A DNA stretch of 30,219 nucleotides from Deltaproteobacteria bacterium (GTDB lineage: Bacteria > Myxococcota_A > Polyangia > Haliangiales > Haliangiaceae), in assembly GCA_041691735.1 (NCBI GenBank), contig JBEPUF010000004.1:1-30219 (forward strand), read 5' to 3'. Position 1 is the stretch's first letter. Each line of letters opens with the position of its first letter. The notes below the pieces were generated by a model. That model did no database searches and was not told the origin of the DNA. It saw only the letters and a list, made by a program, of their open reading frames with translations. Of the stretch, positions 7,216 through 16,466 are shown piece by piece. Position numbers and translations under genes: made by a program.

Positions 7216-9489
7216 GTGCCAGACTGGACCGTGTCGCGCGAACCTGAACCGAGGGCGCCCCTCGGCCGTCACCTGGCGCTCGGCACCGCGTCGTTCGCCC
7301 TGAGCTTCGCAGCATGGGGGTTGATCAGCGCGTCGGCGACCATGTGGCGCGCGCGCTTCGCGCTCAGCGGGTCCGAGACCGGCCTCCTGATCGCAGCCCC
7401 GGTCCTGTTCGGCGCGATCGCGCGCATCCCGGTCGGCTTGCTCGCCGATCGGTTCGGTGCGAGGCGGGTGCTGGCGCTGCTCATGATCGGGTGCGCGGTG
7501 CCGATCGCGTACGTGCCGCACGTGGCCAGTTTCCGCGCGCTGGTCGCGAGCGCCTTGATGCTCGGTTTCGCCGGCGCCAGCTTCGCGGCCGGCGTCTCGT
7601 ATGTGTCGGGATGGGCGCCCCCAGCGCGCCGCGGCACCGCGCTCGGCGTGTTCGGCATCGGCAACGGCGGCCAATCGATCGCGATCTTCCTGGGACCGCT
7701 CGCCGCGCAGGCGGTCGGCTGGCCGACCGTCTTCCACGTCGTCGCCGCGATGCTGGTCGCGTGGGGACTGATCTTCGGCGTGGTCGCGCGCGACGCTCCG
7801 CGCACCGGACCGGCGCATGGGCTGGGCGAGATGCTCGGCGTGCTCCGCCGCGAGCCGCTGGCGTGGGCGCTCGCCGCGTTCTACTTCCTAACCTTCGGCG
7901 GCTTCGTCGCGTTCTCGGTCTACCTGCCGACCCTGCTCGTCGACAGCTTCCATCTGTCCGCGTCGGATGCCGGCATGCGCGCTGCCGGCTTCGTCGCCCT
8001 GGCGACCGGCGTGCGGCCGGTGGGCGGCTGGCTGGCCGATCGCCTCGGTGGCGCGCGTGTCCTGTCCGGGGCACTGCTCGGCATCGTGCCGTTCGCGCTG
8101 CTGCTCGCGTGGCCGTCGATCTTGCCGTTCACCGTCGGCGCGCTGGGGTGCGCCGCGCTGCTCGGCGTCGGCAACGGCGCCGTGTTTCAGCAAGTGCCGC
8201 GGCACTTCCCAGCCCACGCCGGCACCGTCACCGGCCTGGTCGGCGCGGCCGGTGGACTCGGCGGCTTCTTCCCGCCACTGCTCCTCGGCGCCGCGCACGA
8301 CACGCTCGGCGTCCTGTGGCCTGCGTTCATCCTGCTCGCGGTCACCGCGCTCGCGCTGCACCTCCTTGCGCGTTCGGTGCTGATCCCGCGCGACCACGCG
8401 CGTGCCGTCGCGGTTCCGGCCGCGTGGGAGCCCGCCGTCGAACGCATCCGCGCCGGCGCATGGGCGACGATCGTCACCGGGATGCTGGTGGCGTCGATCG
8501 TGGTCGGCTCGCGCAACCTCCAGTACTTCGATCCGGCGCTGGTCATCTATACGTTCGCGGTGGTGTTCGCGACCTGGGGCATCGTCTACCACTATCGCGT
8601 GTGGCTCTCGAAGCCGCCGACCGCGATGTACTGGCGCCGTGGCTGGCAGGCGCTCGCGCGCGGTCGCGGCCGCGCGGCCGCGCGTGCGGTGTCCCTGGTC
8701 GCGACCCGACTTCTCGCCCAGACCTTCATCCACCGCCGTTCGCCGCTGCGCTGGTGGACTCACCAGCTCATCTTTTGGGGATGCATCCTCGCGGCCGCGG
8801 TGACGTTTCCGCTCGTCTTCGGCTGGGTGAGCTTTGCCAGCGCCCCCGACGATCCTGGTCGCTACGTCGCGCACCTGTTCGGCTTCGCCGCCGGCAGCTT
8901 CGCGCTCGGCACGCCGATGGCGTGGACGATCTTCCACCTGCTCGACATCGCCGCGGTGCTCGTCCTCGCCGGCATCGCGCTCGCGCTGTGGCGCCGCCTG
9001 CGGGATCGCGGCGCGCTCGCGCTGCAATCGTTCGCGCGCGATCTGTTCCCGCTTTTCCTCCTGTTCGCGGTCTGCGTGACCGGACTGCTCTTGACGGTGT
9101 CGAGCATGTGGATGCGGGGCGAGGGCTATCAGTTCCTCGCGTACATTCACGCGGTCACCGTGATCGCGACGCTGCTCTTCCTCCCGTTCGGGAAGTTCTT
9201 CCACATCTTCCAGCGCCCGGCGCAGATCGGCGTGAAGCTCTACCTGGAGCAAGCCGAGCGCGGTGACACCGCCGCATGCGCGCGCTGCGGCGCGGCCTTC
9301 GCGAGCCGCGCGCAGATCGAGGATCTCGGCGCCGTGCTCGATCGGCTCGGCTTTGACTACCGCCTCGACGACACCGACGGTGCGCCGCGCTGGCAGGACG
9401 TGTGTCCGCCGTGCAAGCGCAAGCAGCTCGCGATCGCCCAGCTCGCGCTCCAGAAAGTGAGTCCCCGTGGCACGACCCCCGCGTCCTGA
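7216..9489 (+). CDS. Fusion: NarK-type nitrate/nitrite MFS transporter + NarI-like di-heme cytochrome b + C-terminal Cys4 tail
   Basis: N-terminal ~395 aa carry the nitrate-porter motifs ARIPVG, GIGNGG, VRPVGG, GNGAVF and GGLGGFF. His codons at 8731/8761 (10 aa apart) and 9148/9202 (18 aa apart) have the spacing of the NarI heme ligands. The tail has CARC...CPPC. Confidence 0.8.
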   Translation: MPDWTVSREPEPRAPLGRHLALGTASFALSFAAWGLISASATMWRARFALSGSETGLLIAAPVLFGAIARIPVGLLADRFGARRVLALLMIGCAVPIAYVPHVASFRALVASALMLGFAGASFAAGVSYVSGWAPPARRGTALGVFGIGNGGQSIAIFLGPLAAQAVGWPTVFHVVAAMLVAWGLIFGVVARDAPRTGPAHGLGEMLGVLRREPLAWALAAFYFLTFGGFVAFSVYLPTLLVDSFHLSASDAGMRAAGFVALATGVRPVGGWLADRLGGARVLSGALLGIVPFALLLAWPSILPFTVGALGCAALLGVGNGAVFQQVPRHFPAHAGTVTGLVGAAGGLGGFFPPLLLGAAHDTLGVLWPAFILLAVTALALHLLARSVLIPRDHARAVAVPAAWEPAVERIRAGAWATIVTGMLVASIVVGSRNLQYFDPALVIYTFAVVFATWGIVYHYRVWLSKPPTAMYWRRGWQALARGRGRAAARAVSLVATRLLAQTFIHRRSPLRWWTHQLIFWGCILAAAVTFPLVFGWVSFASAPDDPGRYVAHLFGFAAGSFALGTPMAWTIFHLLDIAAVLVLAGIALALWRRLRDRGALALQSFARDLFPLFLLFAVCVTGLLLTVSSMWMRGEGYQFLAYIHAVTVIATLLFLPFGKFFHIFQRPAQIGVKLYLEQAERGDTAACARCGAAFASRAQIEDLGAVLDRLGFDYRLDDTDGAPRWQDVCPPCKRKQLAIAQLALQKVSPRGTTPAS

Positions 9490-11695
9490 CGACGAGCTCG
9501 TCGCCGAGTTCGGACCGCATCCGGCGAACGAGCCGCCGGGCGGATGGCAGGGCCCGAGCGACGGCCCGCCGCCGGAGCTGGTCAAGACGCACTGCTGCTT
9601 CTGTGGCCAGCAGTGCGGCATCCAGCTCAAGGTGCAAGAGGGCCGCGTGGTCGGCTTCGAGCCGTGGGAGGAGTTCCCGTTCAATCGCGGCATGCTGTGC
9701 CCCAAGGGCGTGCGCCGCTATCTGCAGGACAACCACCGCGATCGCCTGCTCGCTCCGCTCGTGCGTGACGATGCCGGCTTTCGCCCGACGACGTGGGATG
9801 ACGCCCTCGCGCGCACCGTGCGCGGGTTGCAGGAGATCCAGGCCGCGCACGGCAAGGACGCGGTCGCCGTGCTCGGCGGCGCGTCGCTCACGACCGAGAA
9901 GTCGTACCTGGTCGGCAAGCTCGCGCGCGTCGCGCTCGGCACCCGCCACGTCGACTACAACGGACGCCTGTGCATGGTGTCGGCCGGCGTGCCGTACAAG
10001 CACACGTTCGGCGTCGATCGCTCGCCGAACCCGTGGAGCGACATTCCGAAGGCGCAGGTCCTGTTCGTGATCGGCGCCAACATCGGTGAGTGCGCGCCGA
10101 TCACCACCGACTACGTCTGGCGATGTCTCGACGCCGGCGGCACGCTGATCGTCGCCGATCCGCGCGCGACCCCGATCACGCGCAAGGCCGATCTCTACCT
10201 GCCGGTGCGGCCCGGCACCGATCTCGCGATGCTGCTCGCGATGCTCCACGTGGTCGTGCGCGACGGCCTCGAGAAGCGCGACTTCCTCGACGCCCACACC
10301 ACCGGCTGGGCCGAGGTCGCGGCCGAGGTCGCCGACTGGGACCCGGTGCGCGCCGCGCGCATCTGCGGCGTCAAGGCCGACGCGATCGAGCGCGCCGCCC
10401 ACCTGATCGCGAAGGCCGATCGCGCGATCGCGATGCACGCGCGCGGGCTCGAGCATCACTCGAAGGGCGTCGAGAACTGTCAGGCCGCGATCAATCTCAT
10501 GCTCGCGTGCGGCCACATCGGTCGCGAGGGCGCCGGCGTCCTCATGATCACCGGGCAAGGCAACGGCCAGGGCGGCCGCGAGCACGGGCAGAAGTGCGAC
10601 CAGCTGCCTGGCATGCGCCAGATCCAGGATCCCGCGGCGCGCGCCCATGTCGCCAAGGTGTGGGGCATCGCGCCCGAGGAGCTGCCAGGCGCCGGGCTGA
10701 CCGCGCTCGAGATCGTCGAGGCGATCCATCGCGGCGAGATCCGCGGGCTCCTGCTCCTCTGCTTCAACCCGATGGTGTCGCTGCCGGATGGCAACTACAT
10801 CCGCGAAGCTCTCGAGAAGCTCGAGCACTTCACGGTGATCGACTTCTTCCTGTCGGAGACCGCGTACCACGCCGATGTCGTGCTCCCCGGCAGCTTGCAA
10901 GAGGAAGAGGAGGGCGTGGTGTGCAGCACCGAGGGGCGCGTCTTGCACATTCGCCGCGCGGTGCCGCCGCCCGAGGGGGCGCGCGCCGACACCGACATCC
11001 TGTGCGAGCTCGGCCGTCGCCTGGGTGGGGAGCGGCGCGCGCACGCGTTCGCGTTCGCATCGCCGAACGAGGTCTTCGAGGAGCTGCGCCGCGCCTCCGC
11101 CGGCGGCGTCGCCGACTACGCCGGCATCACCTACGAGCGCCTCGATCGCGAGCTCGGCATCTTCTGGCCGTGCCCGAGCGAGGATCATCCAGGCACGCCG
11201 CGGCTGTTCGAGGACGGGCGCACCTATCACGCCGACGGCAAGATGCACCTGGAAGCGACGCCGTGGCGCGAAGGTGGAGATCCCCTCGACGACGACTTCC
11301 CGGTTCACCTCACGACCGGGCGCGTGGTCAGCCAGTACCTGTCGGGCACGCAGACGCGACGCATCGGTCCGCTCGTCGATTCGTATCCGGAGCCGCGGCT
11401 CGAGATCCATCCGAACCTCGCGGAGGCGCACGGCCTCGTCGACGGCGACTGGGTCGAGGTCGCCACGCGGCGGGGTGCGCTCACGTTTCGCGCGATGGTC
11501 GTCCGCACGATCCGGCCCGACACCGTGTTCGTGCCGTACCACTGGCCCGGCGCGAAGAGCATCAACCGGCTCACCCACCGGACCATGGATCCGCGCAGCA
11601 AGATCCCTGAGTTCAAGTCGTCGGCGTGTCGCCTGAAGAAGGCGGCGCCGCCGGCCGGCACGCGGCGCCATCTCCCGATCGCAGGTGCGCCATGA
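9467..11695 (+). CDS. Mo-bisPGD oxidoreductase catalytic subunit, Nas/NarB nitrate-reductase-like, cytoplasmic
   Basis: [4Fe-4S] motif [12 protein letters not shown]...LCPKG. Cys Mo ligand in [24 protein letters not shown] and LTTGR motifs. No signal peptide. Confidence 0.9.
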   Translation: MARPPRPDDELVAEFGPHPANEPPGGWQGPSDGPPPELVKTHCCFCGQQCGIQLKVQEGRVVGFEPWEEFPFNRGMLCPKGVRRYLQDNHRDRLLAPLVRDDAGFRPTTWDDALARTVRGLQEIQAAHGKDAVAVLGGASLTTEKSYLVGKLARVALGTRHVDYNGRLCMVSAGVPYKHTFGVDRSPNPWSDIPKAQVLFVIGANIGECAPITTDYVWRCLDAGGTLIVADPRATPITRKADLYLPVRPGTDLAMLLAMLHVVVRDGLEKRDFLDAHTTGWAEVAAEVADWDPVRAARICGVKADAIERAAHLIAKADRAIAMHARGLEHHSKGVENCQAAINLMLACGHIGREGAGVLMITGQGNGQGGREHGQKCDQLPGMRQIQDPAARAHVAKVWGIAPEELPGAGLTALEIVEAIHRGEIRGLLLLCFNPMVSLPDGNYIREALEKLEHFTVIDFFLSETAYHADVVLPGSLQEEEEGVVCSTEGRVLHIRRAVPPPEGARADTDILCELGRRLGGERRAHAFAFASPNEVFEELRRASAGGVADYAGITYERLDRELGIFWPCPSEDHPGTPRLFEDGRTYHADGKMHLEATPWREGGDPLDDDFPVHLTTGRVVSQYLSGTQTRRIGPLVDSYPEPRLEIHPNLAEAHGLVDGDWVEVATRRGALTFRAMVVRTIRPDTVFVPYHWPGAKSINRLTHRTMDPRSKIPEFKSSACRLKKAAPPAGTRRHLPIAGAP

Positions 11696-12270
11696 CCGAG
11701 TATCGCTTCATCGTCGATCCGTCGCGCTGCATCGGTTGCCGTTCGTGCGAGAGCGCGTGCGCCGAGTGCGAGACCCACCGCGGCCACTCGATGATCTCCG
11801 TCGACTACGTCGATCGCACGCGCGGGATCGAGACCGTGCCGACAGTGTGCATGCACTGCCACGATCCGACCTGCGCCGAGGTCTGCCCGGCCGACGCGAT
11901 CAAGCAGAACGAGGATGGCGTGGTGATGTCGTCGCTCAAGCCGCGCTGCATCGCGTGCTCGAACTGCGTGCTCGCCTGCCCTTTCGGCGTGCCGAAGATG
12001 ATGATCCGGTTCGAGCAGATGATGAAGTGCGACATGTGCCTCGACCGGACGTCGGAGGGGCTGCGCCCGATGTGCGCGACGGTCTGCCCCAGCCAGGCGC
12101 TCAGCTATCGCCCGGTCGGCGAGGTCGAGCGCGATCGGCGCGAGACGCCCGTCAACGAGTTCGCGTTCGGCCGGCAGGTCGTGACGACCAAGGTCTTCGT
12201 GATGGTGCCCGAGGGCACCGAACGCGTCGTCATCGACGTCGCCGACCACGTCTGGGAGGAGCCGTCATGA
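11692..12270 (+). CDS. 4x[4Fe-4S] electron-transfer subunit (DmsB/NrfC/FdnH-like)
   Basis: ATGA overlap with the upstream stop. [37 protein letters not shown] and CDMC...CATVCP. Confidence 0.92.
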   Translation: MTEYRFIVDPSRCIGCRSCESACAECETHRGHSMISVDYVDRTRGIETVPTVCMHCHDPTCAEVCPADAIKQNEDGVVMSSLKPRCIACSNCVLACPFGVPKMMIRFEQMMKCDMCLDRTSEGLRPMCATVCPSQALSYRPVGEVERDRRETPVNEFAFGRQVVTTKVFVMVPEGTERVVIDVADHVWEEPS

Positions 12271-12791
12271 ACGAGCCACCGCGTCCACGCCAGCTGTGGC
12301 GCGAGGAGGTCAGCGTCCGCGCCGCCGAGGAGCGCTACGTCAGCCGCCGCCAGCTCGGCAAGTTCCTCGTGCTGACCAGCTTCGGGATGCTGGTCGGCAA
12401 CGCGTGGATCCTCGTCAAGGCAGGGCTGCGCCGAGCTGCAGCGCGCCTGCTGCCCGCGAAGATCGCCGCGCCCGGCGAGCCGCCGACCGGTGAAGTGAAG
12501 CTGTTCGACTATCCGACTGCCGAAGATCGCTGCCTGCTGGTGCGCGCGCGCGACGGGAGCCTGCACGCGTTCACGCAGAAGTGCACGCACCTCTCGTGCG
12601 CGGTCATCTACTCGGCCGAGCGTGATCGCCTCGAGTGCCCGTGCCACGACGGGATCTTCTCGATCCGCACGGGCGCGGTCCTCGGCGGTCCGCCGCCGCG
12701 GCCGTTGCCGCGCATCGTCCTCGACGAGCGCGCCGACGGCGTCTGGGCGGTGGGAATCGACGATGGCGGGGCGGACGGCGAGGACGGATGA
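12267..12791 (+). CDS. Membrane-anchored Rieske [2Fe-2S] protein with twin-Arg motif
   Basis: ATGA overlap. SRRQLGKFL followed by a hydrophobic helix. Boxes CTHLSC and CPCHDGIF, and a GPPPRPL loop. Confidence 0.92.
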   Translation: MNEPPRPRQLWREEVSVRAAEERYVSRRQLGKFLVLTSFGMLVGNAWILVKAGLRRAAARLLPAKIAAPGEPPTGEVKLFDYPTAEDRCLLVRARDGSLHAFTQKCTHLSCAVIYSAERDRLECPCHDGIFSIRTGAVLGGPPPRPLPRIVLDERADGVWAVGIDDGGADGEDG

Positions 12792-13027
12792 TGCGCCCGC
12801 CGCCCCCCGATCGCCGGCGCGCGCTGTCCGCGCTCGACGGCGTGATCGCGCTGCTCGTCGTGATCCTCATCGCGCAGATGTGGGTCCTGGGCGCCTCGCT
12901 CGAGGCGTTCCTCGCCGGCCACCCGTCAAGCGCGATCGCAGGGGCGATCGCCTCGGCCGTTCTGTTCGCAGGCGCGCTCGGCCTCTACCTCTTCCTTCGT
13001 CGCATCGATCGCGAGGCGAGTCGCTGA
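12788..13027 (+). CDS. Small two-TM protein (resembles DUF6755)
   Basis: ATGA overlap. ALLVVILIAQMWVLGASLEAFLAGH...LFAGALGLYLFLRR. The family name is from memory and unverified. Confidence 0.65.
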   Translation: MMRPPPPDRRRALSALDGVIALLVVILIAQMWVLGASLEAFLAGHPSSAIAGAIASAVLFAGALGLYLFLRRIDREASR

Positions 13028-13053
13028 CGCCTCGGCCGTTCGCGCCGTGATGG

Positions 13054-13461
13054 CTACTTGCCGAACGTGCGGATGATGCGGACGAGCGCCTCGACGACCT
13101 CCGGCTTCTCTTTGAGCTGCGGCTGCGCCGGCATCGCCGGGCTCTTGCCAACAGCCGCTCCGCCCATGAGGATCGTCTGCTTGATCTGATCGTCGGTGAC
13201 GCTGGCTTGCCACGCCTTGTCCGTGTAGTTGCGGGGCTTCGGGTTCAGCGCGGCCGCGCCCGGACCATCGCCGAGCCCGTCCTGGCCGTGGCAGGTCGCG
13301 CAGACCGACTGGAAGATCGTGCGCGCCTCCTCGGTCGGGCTGGGGCCGGTCGGTACGGTCGTGGCCGCACCTTGACTCGGTGAGGACTCCTGCGCGGAGT
13401 CCTTCTTGCCGCACGATGTCGCGAACACGAACGCGAGGACGAGGCACCAACAATTGCGCAT
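13054..13461 (-). CDS. Monoheme cytochrome c lipoprotein
   Basis: MRNCWCLVLAFVFATSC lipobox, CATCH heme-binding site, distal-ligand candidate in AMPA. Confidence 0.88.
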   Translation of the reverse strand: MRNCWCLVLAFVFATSCGKKDSAQESSPSQGAATTVPTGPSPTEEARTIFQSVCATCHGQDGLGDGPGAAALNPKPRNYTDKAWQASVTDDQIKQTILMGGAAVGKSPAMPAQPQLKEKPEVVEALVRIIRTFGK

Positions 13462-13474
13462 GTTCGACGCAGGC

Positions 13475-13490
13475 TGCAACGCACGCGCCA
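13475..13490 (-). promoter_or_regulatory. sigma54 promoter for cytochrome c gene
   Basis: Minus strand reads TGGCGCGTGCGTTGCA. Confidence 0.7.
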
Positions 13491-13523
13491 CCACCCACCA
13501 TCGGAGGATCGCAACGACCGAGC

Positions 13524-13570
13524 TGCGAACAATCTGCGTCGCAATCCTCGGTCGACGTAACCTGTTCGCG
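13524..13570. promoter_or_regulatory. Pair of 17-bp candidate activator sites between divergent sigma54 promoters
   Basis: TGCGAACAATCTGCGTC (13524-40) and CGCGAACAGGTTACGTC (reverse complement of 13554-70), centres 30 bp apart. Confidence 0.55.
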
Positions 13571-13621
13571 ATCAGGCTCGAGAGCGCGCGATGCCGCGGA
13601 GGCGCACGACTTGGATCGCGT

Positions 13622-13637
13622 TGGCGCGACCCGTGCT
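13622..13637 (+). promoter_or_regulatory. sigma54 promoter for CMD gene
   Basis: TGGCGCGACCCGTGCT with GG-N10-GC spacing. Confidence 0.6.
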
Positions 13638-13662
13638 TTCGTGTGCCGGGCATGGAGGCACC

Positions 13663-13992
13663 ATGACCGATTCCCTCTATCCGTTGCCGACGAGCGATCT
13701 GGCGAAGCGGCGCCGCGAGCTCGCACCTGACGTTGAAGCGGCGTTCCTGCAGTTCAGCCGCGCCGTCTTTCACGAAGGCGCCCTCTCACGCAAGACAAAG
13801 CAGCTCATCGCGGTCGCGGTGGCGCACGTGACGCAGTGTCCCTACTGCATCCGAGGGCACACGAAGGCCGCCACTGGCGAAGGCGCGACCGCCCAAGAAG
13901 TCATGGAGGCGATCTGGGTGGCTGCGGAGATGCGGGCGGGCGGCGCATTTGCCCATGCGGCAATCGCGATCGACGCCCTGCCCGAGCAGTGA
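13663..13992 (+). CDS. Carboxymuconolactone decarboxylase family, AhpD-like (CxxC)
   Basis: GGAGG RBS. LSRKTKQLIAVAVAHVTQCPYCIRGH...EVMEAIWVA. Confidence 0.9.
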   Translation: MTDSLYPLPTSDLAKRRRELAPDVEAAFLQFSRAVFHEGALSRKTKQLIAVAVAHVTQCPYCIRGHTKAATGEGATAQEVMEAIWVAAEMRAGGAFAHAAIAIDALPEQ

Positions 13993-14215
13993 CCCACGGC
14001 GCGGCGGAGGCTCGCTGCGCGTCGCCTTGTGTTCGCGACCTCGGCGCCGGCTCTGCTGTCGTGACGACGGGTGCGATCTACGTGAGGAACTCGGGTAGCA
14101 TTCCCAGTTGAGGCAACACGACCGGCAGAAGTAGTTGTCGCTCATCATGCGGGGATGGCTTGGTGAAGGCCGGACGCGGCGGTTGGCGCCGATCGGCGGC
14201 CGGTGAGCGCGATGT

Positions 14216-14623
14216 CTAGAGATGGAAGTCACCGTTCGCTTCGGGCTGGTAGCGAACGGCGACGACCGCGATGCGCCGCAGCCCGGTAGGGAACGGCCAC
14301 TCGATCTCCTGATCGACCTTGAGACCGAGGAGCGCGCTGCCGATCGGCGCGAGCACGGACACGTATCCGCGGCGCACGTCGGCGTCCCTGGGATATACGA
14401 CGCGAACGATGCGGCGAGCTCCGCTCGTGCAGTCCTTGTAGACCACATCGCTGTTCATCGTGACGACGTCCGCAGCGACGACATCGTGCTTGACGATCAA
14501 CGCACGTTGCAGTTCCCAGTCGAGTGACTCCGATACGAGCGTGTCGTAGCGATCGAGCACCGGAAGAAGGCGCCGCAGATCGAGGTCGGTGATGACGATG
14601 TCGTGCTCGAAGGTCGTGTTCAT
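14216..14623 (-). CDS. rnk: Rnk / GreA-GreB C-terminal-type RNA polymerase-binding factor
   Basis: IVITDLDLRRL...DVVTMNSDV.Y...VYPRDAD...G.VSVLAPIGSALLGL..DQEIEWP.P.G...I.V..V.YQPEA.GD. Confidence 0.9.
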   Translation of the reverse strand: MNTTFEHDIVITDLDLRRLLPVLDRYDTLVSESLDWELQRALIVKHDVVAADVVTMNSDVVYKDCTSGARRIVRVVYPRDADVRRGYVSVLAPIGSALLGLKVDQEIEWPFPTGLRRIAVVAVRYQPEANGDFHL

Positions 14624-14652
14624 GGGGATCTCCGGTTGGAAGGTGCCGGCGG

Positions 14653-14859
14653 TCAGCCGTCCGCCAGGTCGTCGAGTGCCGACAGCGTCTCGGCGGGCGC
14701 GCTCGGCAAGCGCGCTCGCCGCAGGAGCGCGAGCGCATGGTGGAGCTGTTCCTCGAGCGCGCTCGCGGAGACGCGAGCCGTTCGATCCAAGATCGTCCGC
14801 AGCTGGAGTAGCTCCAGGTCCGTGATGATGAGGGGTTTGCTCGAGCTCCGATGACTCAC
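14653..14859 (-). CDS. Small protein resembling the Rnk N-terminal hairpin only
   Basis: KPLIITDLELLQLRTILDR...LEEQLHHA aligns to HDIVITDLDLRRLLPVLDR...LDWELQRA of the downstream Rnk. GTG start at 14859 is inferred. Confidence 0.5.
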   Translation of the reverse strand: MSHRSSSKPLIITDLELLQLRTILDRTARVSASALEEQLHHALALLRRARLPSAPAETLSALDDLADG

Positions 14860-14871
14860 GGCGACATCAGA

Positions 14872-14887
14872 AGCAACCCACGTGCCG
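14872..14887 (-). promoter_or_regulatory. sigma54 promoter for the rnk locus
   Basis: Minus strand reads CGGCACGTGGGTTGCT. Confidence 0.7.
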
Positions 14888-14905
14888 ACCAACAGGCACT
14901 CGTCT

Positions 14906-14962
14906 CACGCACGATGTTCGCCCGCGGCGCGTTCCTTCCGCGACACGCGAAATGTCTTCGCG
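14906..14962. promoter_or_regulatory. Candidate activator sites upstream of the rnk promoter
   Basis: Palindrome CGCGAAATGTCTTCGCG at 14946-62, plus a weaker GGCGAACATCGTGCGTG (reverse complement of 14906-22). Confidence 0.55.
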
Positions 14963-14965
14963 CGG

Positions 14966-16393
<1,428 letters not shown>

Positions 16394-16466
16394 GGTCCAC
16401 CTTCAAGCGAGTTTCGCGCCACACGCATTGCCGACTGCCGAGCCGACGAGCTCGTGCGAGACGGCC

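Noticed and set aside
9467-11695. Calling the Mo enzyme narG, napA or fdhF
   Set aside because: It is too short and Cys-ligated for NarG, has no Tat signal or napB/napD for Nap, and its active-site motifs fit Nas/NarB better than formate dehydrogenase. No gene symbol assigned.
14021-14037. Isolated CGCGAACA half-sites (also inside the cytochrome c and narK coding regions)
   Set aside because: An unpaired 7-8-mer is expected by chance in GC-rich DNA, and there is no second arm or nearby promoter.
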